The notes beneath the pieces were generated by a model. That model was not told the origin of the DNA, searched no databases, and worked only from the letters and a program-made list of their open reading frames with translations. This document shows positions 1 through 13,685 of a stretch of DNA of 64,000 nt, piece after piece. A program made the translations under genes and the position numbers. Every line of letters starts with the position of its first letter. Position 1 is the first letter of the stretch. The DNA is from the human T2T-CHM13v2.0 reference genome, Homo sapiens: NCBI RefSeq assembly GCF_009914755.1, contig NC_060929.1; one strand, 5' to 3'.

Positions 1-871
1 CGACTAGTACGGAGGTTGTTAGGATTCAGTGCCAAGGACCAGCGTTGCTATTGAATCCAGGCAAATACTTTTTCAGTGTCTTTCCAAGGCCATTCAATCT
101 TTTGTCTCTGTCCTCCTCAAACGTCTCTCCATTCTTCTTTATGCAGACAAGACTGAAAAGTTCCCAAGAGAATGAAGAAGAAAAGTGAAGGGAAGAAGAC
201 AAAGAGAAAGGCAAATGTATTGTGTATCTAAAAAGCATGTGTGCGGTTCTGCTAGGTAGCCAGCACTGAGATTGGGAGGCGAAGGATTACCTTAATACCA
301 CTTTCTTGATATGTAGTGAGTGATGAAATGCATGGTTCAAATCTTGGTTCATGACCAGCTTAGTAACAGCAAGAGCAGTAGTCTTCTAATGCCCATTTAT
401 GAGTCCTAACTTGGAATCCATATTAGTCAGAAGAGGCTAAGTTATCCTAAGGGAAAAAAGAAACCCTTCACTCAATAAAAGCTTGATTCCTCCTCACATT
501 ATATGTTTATTTGGGCTTGTAGAGGGGCTCTGGTCAAGACCCAGGCTGATGACATTCCGTCCTCTGCTAAGTGAACCATTTGGAACTCAAGATCAGATCT
601 CCATGATTGCTTCTTTGACACTGAGCAGAGAAGGTGAAAGCTGAAGGGTTATTCGTTGGCTCTTAAATTATTTAGCCTGGAAATATAACGACTTTCTCTA
701 ACCCCATTGATTGGAAGTAATCATGTGGACTCTTATCTCCCTTCTTGTATATGGTTTTCCAATGAAACATGAAATCATCTCCTACTGGATCTGAAACTAA
801 AAGGGCTTATTTGAGGATACTGTAATATAAGGTGATCTATCATGAAAATTCAGGTTAAGTTGTATCACCTA

Positions 872-1369
<498 letters not shown>

Positions 1370-1499
1370 TTCTAGTCTGAGGGGGTCATATAGCTATGAA
1401 AAGCTCTAAAATGCAAATAGAATTTTAACTATGAATCACTCTTGTCTAGTGTATTCATGAGAGTTTTTAGCTAGATCTAATAGCAACAATCATAATAGT

Positions 1500-1690
1500 T
1501 TATCTTGTGCTAGACACTATGCTCAGTGCCTGACAAGGTACCATTCTCACAATAAGTTTATAACATAGGTCCTTTTGTTATTTCTGCTTTACAGATTAAT
1601 CTCTCTGGGCTTTAAGAGAATAAAGCCCTGAGTTTGTGAGAAAAGAAGCTGGTATATAAACCCCAGAAGTAAATCAGAGCAGGCATTTTA
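1500..1690 (-). mobile_element. Degraded MIR
   Basis: 'tgtgctagacactatgct...ctttacagat' resembles the reverse MIR core. Confidence 0.45.
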
Positions 1691-2159
1691 ATAGACTCTA
1701 GCTGGTCAATTTATTTCTCTTACTAAAACTTAATCCAACCTAAATCTTTTACTTTTTTTCCTTCCAAAATTTCTACACACGGTGGCTGAGCTCTTTCCAC
1801 TGGAAAGAAGAAAGGCCCAATTCTGCAATCTTTGTTCCCTTTGCCTTTCTGACTGGGCTACATTCCTATCCCCCACAATTTGCAAATTCTATGCATTTGA
1901 TGACTGCGTCCTCCTACTGCTGTTGTTACTATATATAAGTCCTCCTTCTTGGGACATCCAGGGTCAGCCTCTCTGGTTGCGTTTTGTCAAAATTATCTGC
2001 CCCGATTCTTGAACTCACAGGTCACCATGAGCACGTAATGAGAGGGGCTGACAGCGCATCCCCTGAAAGCCTATCCTTGAGGATGGTTAAGCCTATTCTG
2101 GGGTGCTCTTAGGAGGACAGAAGGTACTTCAACTCTTAGCAATTAAAATGGATCCTCTC

Positions 2160-3046
<887 letters not shown>

Positions 3047-3474
3047 CTGACCAAATCACGACTTCAAATTGCATCCCTTTACTGCCCACAATGTTTGGTT
3101 TATGAAAGCAGCAACTATGTAAGCATGGAATTCCAGGCCAAGGGATCTCCCTTATCGATCTCTTAAACAACCTACTTCCGCAGTAAACATGGCTGGTATG
3201 TTTACAAACCTCCCAGATACCCTTTGATTTTTTTTTCCCTACCAATCTATGTAATGCTTCTGGTTCCAAAACTTCTATCCTGTGAGATGTCCTTGACACC
3301 TCCACTCAACGCAAATTACTCCAGATTTCTCTGTCTTTAACATTCTTTCTTGGTATCTAGAATTTATTACACATTTCTTTCTGCCCAACAGCAACTATTT
3401 CATAGATTTCTTAATTTTCTCTGTGATACGGGCATTTTGCTACTTTGTTATGTATTTTTTCTTTTTCCCTTAGT

Positions 3475-3799
<325 letters not shown>

Positions 3800-5572
3800 A
3801 GTAATGTGCATTTTTAGCTTCTTTTAGTCTCTAATGTCTAATGCAAAGTTTTGTTCATTTTTGCCTACGTATTTTTCTCACACTCATGTCACATACAAAT
3901 ATTTGCTTTAAAAAAAGAAGTTCATCAGAGTACTTTATAATTAGTTGAATAATCCATAATCCTTGGTCAATTACCTCTGTTCTCATTATTTTACCATCCT
4001 TTCTAAGAGAAGCCTTTGATAGAAGTCTTTCTTGATAAAAAAAATTCAGCTCCTCAATCTAGCATCTACAAATAGCCAGGATTCTTCAAGAGCTTGCAAT
4101 ACTGTTTGTAACACTATGCTAAGAACTCGACATGTCTTATTAGGACCAGAAAATTCTAAATTATATACTCTTCTTTCTCTTCTCAACTTGTAGTCAGTTT
4201 GACTTTGAGTTGCAAAGAGTTCAGGTAACTTACTTGTGTTCACATAGCAAATTAGGGCCAAAACTGGCTTGATCTGAGCTCCTGATCACAAACTCCAAAG
4301 TCGTTAGCAATAAGGTATAGGTCTTGGCTCTCTGAGGTTCTCACTTCATTTGCTCAACCACCAGCCTGAGGAACCATGCAAATCACATCTATTAAAACAC
4401 AAACTGTCTTTCCAATTCAATTCAATAAGTATTTATTGAATGTATGCCGCATTCCAGGTGTCATTTACCTGTGATTCTGCAATGTTTATGCCAACTCAGC
4501 CTTAGAGCATTATACACTTTCTTCAGAAGAGAATGTGATCTGAGATCAAATATAGAAGTCATTAATGTCAAGGACATTCTTAAAATTGCTATCGATGCAA
4601 AAGCTTTCAAAACATACTGTATAGATGTTGATAAGAAGATAAAAAAGATAAACTTGATTTGAATAAAGGAAAATCAGCAGCAGTTGTTTTGTCAGTTCTT
4701 CTCAGAAAGCAGTTGTACTTAACATGGAGCAATATGTCCCAGAGATGTTTGCATAGAGTGGAAATTAATACCATAAAAGCTACTGGGATCCTTGGTAATG
4801 GAAAGCTAAGATGTAAGAAAGGGGTATAGAGGAGAAGCGGGGAAGGAATCAATGTGAACAGTTATCTTGAGAGATGGTTAATTTTTTGTCTATGTGTGTC
4901 ACACATAGACACACATATAGCACTTATGTTCTGGGGCTTATATTTTTTAGAGACAGTGTTACTTCTGCTTTCAAGGGATGGTGTAATATTAACTCAATCC
5001 TTTGGCTTCTGGTCATGTCTCTTTAGAAAGACAACAAAAGACAGACAGTGAATATAAACTAACAAGGGATCCTCTGAAGCACTGAGCCCAGAGCTCGTGT
5101 TATGAACCTGAGAGGGCAGAGGGGGTTAACTAACTATGGCTGAAGACTGGAGCCCACCGTTCAGCATCTGCCTTTCTACTGTACTGGGGCCGTAAGAAAT
5201 CTTGGGGGCCAGTCAGACACCCGAGGCTGAGTAAATTTTGCCTGTGTGCACTTTTAGAAAAATTCCAAGAGTTAGTTTTCATTTGTGAGTTCTATTAATT
5301 CCATCCTCTGACTCGTCCTTCTTCATACCTAACAGCATCCTCCAGAAGCTATAAAAATCTCTAGAGGTCCTTGAAGTAATGAGAAAGCTGATGTTTTCTC
5401 CCCCTCTCTAATAATTATACTTTGATTTCTCCACAACAGCCTTTAGTTTACAGCCAGTTGTCAGTACAACTTTTTGCAGCTTTAACCTCTCTGTGATGTG
5501 TTCTGCCCTCTCGCCTGCAGATTCGTCCTCAGCGGGCAGCATCCCCTTTGCAATTTCCCCTCTCTGTGAATT

Positions 5573-5591
5573 TGTCCACTAGGTGGAGCTG
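5573..5591 (+). promoter_or_regulatory. Candidate CTCF site
   Basis: TGTCCACTAGGTGGAGCTG closely matches the CTCF core CCASYAGRKGGCRC; motif match only. Confidence 0.6.
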
Positions 5592-5869
5592 TAACAACTT
5601 CGCTCACAGATCACAGCGAGAGACAGATTAAATTCACTGACCACTGCTCAGTACTCTGGGGAAGCATACTGCTATAGCCCAGAATTGCAAATCAAGTGCG
5701 GAGTCAGAAAACAGGACAACAAATCCCATAACAGGAACACAATTGGAGATAACAAATTCCATGGGACAAATGCACGCTGATTCCACGAGTGAGTCCTGTG
5801 TTAGGCCTTCTAAGAATTGCTGGCCTAATTCCTGTTAGGTTTATGGTGAGTCAAAAGTCACCCTGCACC

Positions 5870-6005
5870 CAGGGTCAGGAAGTGGGGGCTCTGCGCCCAA
5901 CTCTGCCACTCACCAGCTGTGGACTCTGATCTTTCTGAGACTCCATGCTCATATCTGTAAAATGAGGGAGTTAAAGGAAATTATTTTGAAGGTCACTTCC
6001 AGCTG
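5870..6005 (+). mobile_element. MIR3-like SINE
   Basis: 'ctctgccactcaccagctgtg...catatctgtaaaatgaggg...aaggtcacttccagct'. Confidence 0.7.
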
Positions 6006-6366
6006 TAACTCTGGATTTTACTATAAAATGGTAATCAAATTGTAACCTTTTTTTTTTTTTTTTTTTTACAGAAACAAGAGGGTGTGAGTGTAAGTGCCTT
6101 TGCCTTAAATCTTGCTTCTGAGTTAAAAAATTCATCTATGTCTATCCATACCTACATTGATAAACAGGCGTGAAGGTGAATGTTTTTCTCCACTTTTAAT
6201 TAACATTTTTAAAAAAGGATCAAGTAAGGGATTCCTACTGTAAATGTGAGATGTTGATTTTGAAAGTTAAAGACAAAAGAGTGGCCTTCCATGAGGAAAT
6301 TCACTCACCAACTTCTCTCCTTCAAATAAGCTTTCCGAGCAAATTTAATTCATTGAGTTGAATGTT

Positions 6367-6718
6367 GGCTGGGTGTAGTGGCTCATGCCTGTAATCCCAG
6401 TGCTTTAAGAGGCCGAAGCAGAAGGATTGTTTGAGGCCAGGAGTTCAAGATAAGCCTAGGCAACATAGCAAGACCCCACCTCCACACACAAAAAAAAATT
6501 AAAAATAATAATAAGCCAGGTGTGGTGCATGCCTGTAGTCCTAGCTACTCAGGAGGCTCAAGTGGGAGGATTGCTTGAGCCCAGGAGTTCCAGGCTGCAA
6601 TAAGCTATGATTGCACAACTGCATTCCAGCCTGGCTGACAGAGCAAGACCCTGTCTTTTAAAAAAAGAAAAGAAAAAGGAAGAAAGAAAAGAAAAGAGAA
6701 GAAAAGAAAAAGAAAAAA
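6367..6718 (+). mobile_element. AluJ (Jo-like) with GA-rich tail
   Basis: ggcaacatagcaagacccc and gattgcttgagcccaggag (J-type); tail decayed to (GAAAA)n. Confidence 0.93.
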
Positions 6719-7134
6719 GTCTACACCTTTATTCATACAGGACTTTGCATGTCAACATTCTTTTTTATTGTGATGAATTAACACCACTGGATTGCAGATA
6801 TGGCATAGTTTCCTTCTCATTGAGAAATGTGAATATCCCCTATTTACAGTTCATTTAGGACTTATGTTTCATGCTTGTGCCTCAGTTTTACATCCTGAAA
6901 CAAATTCCTTTATTTTTAAAGCATCCAGCCTACTTTGGAGAAAATTTCTCTGTAACCAGAATGAATACATCTTTTGTCAGCAGAGATCAAAAATTGACAC
7001 TTGCCTTCCTCTCCTGTCTAAAATCTTTTGTTCCTCTCCCCAGCCCATGGCACTGAAAACTGATCATTTTAATCTGCTCTTTGTAAAACATTAATTGGAT
7101 ATACAGAAGCACAGAAAACGTAATAGGTATTATT

Positions 7135-7250
7135 TTATGATGGAAAGGGCATCAGAGATCATTCAGTTAAACCTTTTTATTACACCAATGAGGAACTGAA
7201 GACCCAGAGGTTAAGTGGCTTACCCAGAGTTATTCAGTGAATAAGTGAAA
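7135..7250 (-). mobile_element. MIR/MIR3 fragment
   Basis: 'atgaggaactgaagacccagaggttaagtggcttaccca'. Confidence 0.6.
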
Positions 7251-7534
7251 AATAAAGATTCTTCTAGAAGGAATCTCAGATGAACAAAAGGCAAGCTAAA
7301 TCTATTGTTTATTTTCCCTACCTATGTAATCTTAATAGTCTGACACGAGGATAACTTTGTGTCTCTAAATTGGGATCACCTATTCTGAGGCTGGCAAGTA
7401 GAATCAATGCAGACCAATGTCTAAGGTGTGTCTGGTTGTCTGATAAATGTACTAGGGCATTGTCTTCCAAAATGTATTCTGTGGCAACTAATCCAAAGCA
7501 AAGGCCCACCAAAAGGGCTCTCCGTCAAGTACAT

Positions 7535-8186
7535 TTAAAAAGACTCTCTCCTTGACCAAACTTTAGTTAGGGTTCTCTGAGCTCTCTTCTCGAGTATGCC
7601 TGGACCTTGGTTCCACTCCTGTCTTCTGTCCACCCAGTTCTGTTGTAGCAAGAATCCTGCTAAGTTGGTTTAGCAAGAATTCCAAGCCAGGGCAACATAG
7701 TAAGACTCTGTCTCTACAAAAAATAATAATAATAAATTAAATTAGCTGGGCTTGGTGGAATGTGCTTATGGTCTCAGCTACTTAGGAGGTTGAGGTGGGA
7801 GGATTGCTTGAGCCCGGGAAGTTGAGGCTGCAATGACGCATGATAGCACCAGTGGACTCCAGCCTGGGTGTTAGAGTGAGACCCTGTCTCATAAAAGGAA
7901 AAAAAAGCAAGAAAGAATTCTCTACCTTTGTTATCTGATTACCCTGGCCCTGGCCTGATTTCAGCAATAATCTTGCTAAGACCCTTGATGTCTCATCTTC
8001 GTGCTTTTTCGTTCACTGACCCTCTCACTCTGCTTGTTGGCTATAAATCCTAAGATACCTCTCCTATATCAGAAGCTGAACTCAATCTCAATCCCCTGTC
8101 ACAATGCCCCCATTGCAATACTCTAGAATCTTGAATAACCCTTCCTTATCATTTTAACAGATGCCAGACTAATTTTTTCTTTAACA
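7535..8186 (+). mobile_element. MER31-like ERV1 solo LTR interrupted by an Alu
   Basis: Start 'aaagactctctccttgaccaaactttag', internal 'gcaagaatcctgctaag' repeats, TATAAA near 8042, ends 'tttaaca'. Confidence 0.75.
7683..7911 (+). mobile_element. 5'-truncated AluJ nested in the LTR
   Basis: Partial left arm plus full right arm; TSD aagaattc. Confidence 0.9.
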
Positions 8187-8739
8187 AAGTACAATGAAAT
8201 ACTACATATTGTACTTTACAGAGAATCCATTACACATATACCACATTGATGTCTCTAAGAAGTTTGACAATAGAGAAAACTGTTTCACACAATTTAAACC
8301 ACCACTGCCAAATCGTCTGCATTTTTGAAGGATTATATATTAACCTGCATGTGACTGAGTTCTCATATAATTCATTTTGTAATCAAAACCAGCTCCATTT
8401 CTCGTGTCACTATCATCAGCTTCTCATTTTTCTAAGTCTGCATACCCCAGTGGAGAACACAGAAAGGAAGATGGAGGCAGGATGGCCAGGATTTCTCTCT
8501 GCTTGTGAGAAAGCATGATACCCAAGCTGCTTACATGTTCCCAAGGAAGCATGTCTCATGACAGGAAATGAACCTGTAACCAGGAACCTAGGTATGTAAA
8601 CTGAAGAGAGAAATGGAAATACACCATGTTGATTCAGAGTCTTCTTGCATTCTCTGGCTTACAGACCTGTATATTTTGAGGTCATGCAGGTCAGGAAGAG
8701 GAAAGAGAGCAAATGTAGTGGAAAATGTGTGGTGTGGTT

Positions 8740-8930
8740 TCTTACTCTGCATCCTTTCAGTTGTGTGATCTTGGTGTAGTCACATGCCTTATATGAGGCT
8801 CTATGACATCAGCCAAATGGGAACGCTTGGGCCTGATCTTCCTGCCTCAGGGTCTTTATGAATTCAAAGGATATAGAGGATGGGAAAGTTGTGTATAGTG
8901 CTTCACAAACATAAGCACCTATGCTTATTG
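8740..8930 (+). mobile_element. Degraded MIR
   Basis: 'ttgtgtgatcttgg...agtcacatgcct...ctgcctcagggtc' core similarity. Confidence 0.5.
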
Positions 8931-9308
8931 TTGTGTAAGATAGATGGCAAAATTATAGTTTCATTCTTTTTCGAATTTACTCTGAGGTGGAAATTTTGCC
9001 TTATGTTATTTAGGCAGAATACTTACTATTAGATACATAGGGTTAGAAAGAATGCTTCCTTGTAATTGAATGAAATAAAACAGTGGAGGCAGAGGAATAC
9101 GTACTAGACCCGATCCACTAAATTAGAAGAGCTGCTAAGGGTTGTATAAAACCATATCATCATCCCATTTTGTGGCTGAAAAATATATTTAATATGCTAC
9201 AGAAAACCGTGCTAGAATAGAAATTTCATCCATGTGTAGCCTCGAAAAGACCTTAAAGAATACCTTTTAAAAGCTTATGATTAAATAGCTTCTTTTCATC
9301 AAAGTCAA

Positions 9309-9915
9309 TGTAAACCAAAGGGTATCTGAGTCAAGTCTCAGTCAATTTAGGAATTTTATTTTGCCAAGGTCAAAGACACACCCATGGCACAGCTTTAGGA
9401 GGTCCTGAGGACATGTGCCGAGGTGGATGGGACACAACCTGGCTTCATACATTTTAGGGAGACATAGGACATCAATCAATATATGTAAGATGTACGTTCG
9501 TTCAGTTCAGAAAGGCAGGACAACTCAAAGTGGGGACGTGGCTTTCAGGTTGTAGGTAGATAAAAAACAAATGCTTGCATTCTTTTGAGTTTCTGATTAG
9601 CCTTTCACTGAATATGCAATTTACAGGAATAGTTACCTCCACCTTAGGCTGGCTTAGTGAAACAATAAAGCAGAGGAAGAACTCAGATAAGCATTTGTCT
9701 CCTGTGAGCAGAGAGACGACTTTGAGTTCTGTCTGTCCTTTGTCCACAAGAAATTTCCTTGTGGGCAACTTGTGAGGGAGGTACGTAGCTTCTTATCTTT
9801 GTAGCTATCTTATTTAGGAATAAAATGGGAGGCAGATTTGTCTGACATAGTTCTCAGCTTGACTTTTCCCTTGGCTTAATGATTTTGGGGTCCCAAGATT
9901 TATTTTCCTTTCACA
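9309..9915 (-). mobile_element. MER4-family (MER4A-like) ERV1 solo LTR
   Basis: Reverse complement begins TGTGAAAGGAAAATAAATCTTGGGACCCCAAAATCA, the MER4A start as recalled; TG...CA termini; ~600 bp. Confidence 0.85.
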
Positions 9916-12087
9916 TAGGTAATGACCTCATGGGTGCTTTTTCCACCAGTGTGGCTTCCCCACAGAGAGGTGCTGGTTTCCTCTCTGAGAATAAAGAACA
10001 CTATTGATTCAGAAGAAAAGAACACATGTTATCTAATGCCCTGTGCTGGTGGGGTTAGGAGCAGGTGGGCATCAGGTTGGTTAGCTCAGTATAATCTCAT
10101 ATATACATTCAAAGGTCGACAGCATGTGAAGGGGAAAAGCTAGCCTAGGAGTCAGGATTGGGGAGCGTTGTAATGCAGTGGACCATTTTTATTGTGCCCT
10201 GTCTCTCTTCCTGGCTAGACTAATAATGGGAGACAGAGAAGATGTGGGCTTTTGCCTTAGGACACTTCCATCAGGTAGTAAGTGTGGGGAAGAGACGATT
10301 AATTCACATACACTTAATCCAAGAATGGGAAGCTGTGATTCGTTGGGATTGGCCAAGATGTGGAAGAAGAATGCTTTAAATAGTATTACTTATAATTTAT
10401 CCCAGAGTGTGATGCAGTACAACTGCAATCTTGTAAGAAAATCAAAATTCTTTTTCTGACATTCCCTACATTGGAAAGTAATTCCAGAGCATACTGAAAC
10501 ATGACCCTAGAAAAATGCTGAAGGAAGAAACAGAGTCTAGACTCAACTTTGCCTCTGATGAGGTTATAGCCTTGGATAAGTCCCTAGACTTATTTTTTAA
10601 TCAAAGATTGGACTAGGCAATACTTAAGCTCCAATCCATATCTTGTATTCCATAATTTGATGATTCTAATGACTATTAGTTGTTTCTGATATTTCATTCA
10701 AATTAGATGTTCACCTCTTTCTTCACTGGAATTCATTATGAAAAATGATTGATTATTAAAATTTATTGATTGACATGATGAATTCAAATAGCTGGCAATT
10801 TGTCTTTGGCGAGAAATAAAGGTTTAATTTTATGATTATGATTTAATAGCTCTTCTGTCCTAAAAGGATACCTTCCACCATTCCTATGCTGGTTTCATAT
10901 CATGCTCTGAGGTTAGTCCTATGCAACAGCCCGCAAGTTACAAGTAATGAGCAGTGCTAAACAATTGCCTATAGGACCAGGAGGTCAGCTTTGACTCCGA
11001 GTTTTGCCGCACAGCAAGAGCATCTGAATTTGTTTGTTTCTTCATCCACACAAATGACTCAGCTTGCTTAGTTAAAAAAAAAATCCAAAGCACAATATTG
11101 TTTTCACCTCAAATAATGAAAGACTTGTTCTCTGCTTACTATAACTATTGTATTGATATTTTAAACTAAACTTGTCAAGCACCGGTAGTTAAGGCTGAGG
11201 CAGGGAGGTGCAGAGTTTGATCTATTATTATAGAGAAGTGGATGATTTCTGTTGAAGAAAGCCAGCCAGTGTTGGGTGGAGGGGAGGTTTGGGGCTACCT
11301 GGAGATGCATAGAATTATCGACAACTAAGAAAGACAAGCTCTTAGTGTTGTGTGTGGGTTTGCAACATATAATGATTATTAGGCACTCCACAAGCAAAGT
11401 CATCTTTAATCCATAGATCTCCAAGCATCTTAAACACATTGATTTATTAAATGTGGCCTCTGTAATAGTAATGTCTTCAAAATTAAATCACTTAACCTCT
11501 TGATTCAATATTGTTACTGTTATCTGCTACTACATCTACATGACACTGAAACAGAAGTAAAGGCAGTCAATTTGTTAAGAAAAAATAAGTCAAACTTGTT
11601 AACTGCATTGTGTCAAATTAGTTAATTGGCATTGTGTCCATCAAACAATGAGCTTCCTGGCTGAATTATTCTTTTCTCAGCTGATTGATTTGACATGACA
11701 CAGAGTCTGCCTGTAAGGGTTTCATTGTAATCTTTGTTTTGTTTTTGTAAATTTTCTGGAACTGGGACAGACTCTTTTCTTTGTGTTATCTATATTTTAC
11801 AATAATTAATAAAAATGGCCTTTTATACATCAAGGATGATGATAATTAGTGCTGAAAGAGGTGGGTATTATAATTCATTCGTTAAAATTCTAGACTGCAT
11901 TTAAGGTCTCAGAAGTCTAAATGGTAAAAGAGGTAATGCTCCTTAACCTAGCATTTTATTTTGTAATTTAAGTGAAATTTACATTTGAATAAAGCAATCA
12001 TAAACTTTCAAACAAACTCTCAACATCAAGTTTTTTTAGAAGGCGCTACAATTTCCCAACAGACCTAAGAAACTTCTCTTATTAAGC

Positions 12088-12247
12088 TGCAGTTGAAATG
12101 ATTGCATAAAAATTAAGGCCATACCACATTTCTAATTTTTTCCATCAGCAATAGTCCTTGTATGTATGTGTTGCAGTTGAAATGACTGCATAAAAATTAA
12201 GGCCATACCACATTTCTAAATTTTTCCATCAGCAATAGTCCTTGTAT
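12088..12247. repeat. Tandem duplication, 84-bp period, two copies
   Basis: 'tgcagttgaaatga(t/c)tgcataaaaattaaggccataccacatttctaa...cagcaatagtccttgtat' at 12088 and 12172, 2 substitutions. Confidence 0.95.
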
Positions 12248-12904
12248 ATGTATATATATACACACACACACAATTTTAATGAACCTATGAAATCTTAATA
12301 GAAACAAAAAATAATCTGTGGCAATTGATCTTTGGGTAGAATGGTATCCTCTAGAAAGAATTTATTTTTTATCAAGTAAAAGCATAAATAACATATCCTG
12401 GGCTTTTCTTAAGGTTCTAGGAGCCCCAGGATGAAATTCTTTGCATTAAATTAATATTAATATAACTAATATTTAATGAGGAGGGGCTTTGATATTGCCA
12501 CCATCAAGGATCCTTCTAACTGAAGCTGTGAGCATATGCTATGTATCACGAGCTGACAGCCTTGAAAGAAAAAACTTGCTAAAACTTGCTTAATAGAACT
12601 AAAATGGACCCCAGGTGGCATACAATTGTATATATTCCGTTTTAGATCAGGAAACTCAGATCTATAGAAATTGTGATTTGTAGATCTTATTATACTGCGA
12701 TCATCAACAGTTTGTTATTTAAAACCTTCCTACACCCATCTTTGATCTGAAGTACCTTAATATAAGTGTGACTATAAAGTGAGGATAAAGTACAAACTAT
12801 GATCACAAAATAAAGAGAAATGATCACATAATAATAGTGATGTTGCTAATGGTGGTGATGATGATAATGATAATTTATATTTAAGGAGAGTCTGCTCTAT
12901 GTAG

Positions 12905-13125
12905 TACAGCATAGTGCTTAAATATGTAAATCTTAGAGTCAAGCTACCTTAGTTCAAATCTTGGGTTTACCATGGCCTAAGTGGGAGTCAAATGTTTTGC
13001 CTGTAAAAGGGGCCTAGACAAAGTACATACTAATTTAATTGTTCAGAGGATTAAATAACATAATGCATAGATAGCTTTAGAAGAGTGTCTTATATATAGA
13101 ACACACAATGAAACATTAATATTTA
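12905..13125 (+). mobile_element. MIR
   Basis: 'agcatagtgcttaa...gttcaaatcttgg...ctgtaaaagggg...gaggattaaat'. Confidence 0.7.
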
Positions 13126-13139
13126 TTTTTGTACCAAGA

Positions 13140-13260
13140 CTGTCAATTACTCAACAAAGTGGGTATTGTTATTCTCATTTTACAGTTAAGGAAACCGAGT
13201 CTCAGCGAGTTTAGGTAGCTTGACCAAGGGCAAAGAGCAAGAAAGGGATGATGTGATTGT
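13140..13260 (-). mobile_element. MIR
   Basis: 'ctcattttacagttaaggaaaccgagtctcagcgagtttaggtagcttgaccaagg'. Confidence 0.7.
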
Positions 13261-13479
13261 TATCCCAAACAGTAAAGTATGGCAATTATAGAGATCCTTA
13301 TAAATGCAATGTTAGCATCTCTAATGTAATTATTGAGGCATTGGTGACAATATTTCTTAGGGCCCTTCTAAGAAATATAGTGAGGGATGGACGAATAGAA
13401 TGCATGGATTAATCCAACATCCCTATTCTGTTAAACCTTTGGATTCTTTTCTGTACATTACAATGCAGGCTAATTGTAA

Positions 13480-13651
13480 GCTAATACTGAGTCCATGTTT
13501 CAATCTATCAACCCAGAAAACCATGAGAACCGTGGCCATCTGTTCATGCTAACACCTTGAATTCAAAATCTCTGGTATGTGTATCATTATTGGTGGAATT
13601 AGACAAATTCTAACATAGCACTCTTGGAATCTGTGTGTGTGCGTGTGTGTG

Positions 13652-13685
<34 letters not shown>

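Noticed and set aside
6660-6718. Lys/Glu/Arg-rich peptide in ORF 6607..6858
   Set aside because: Translation of the GA-rich Alu tail.
12088-12247. Direct repeats (also 62356-62457 and 33925-33964) as a CRISPR-like array
   Set aside because: Only two adjacent copies, no series of unique spacers, no cas genes, and the DNA is human.
12604-12622. Weaker CTCF-like matches (ggaccccaggtggcata; also 5107-5119 and 43283-43295)
   Set aside because: They miss conserved 5' core positions and are expected by chance.
12905-12970. tRNA-like A/B box sequence (agcatagtg...gttcaaatc)
   Set aside because: It is the tRNA-derived head of a MIR; no cloverleaf.
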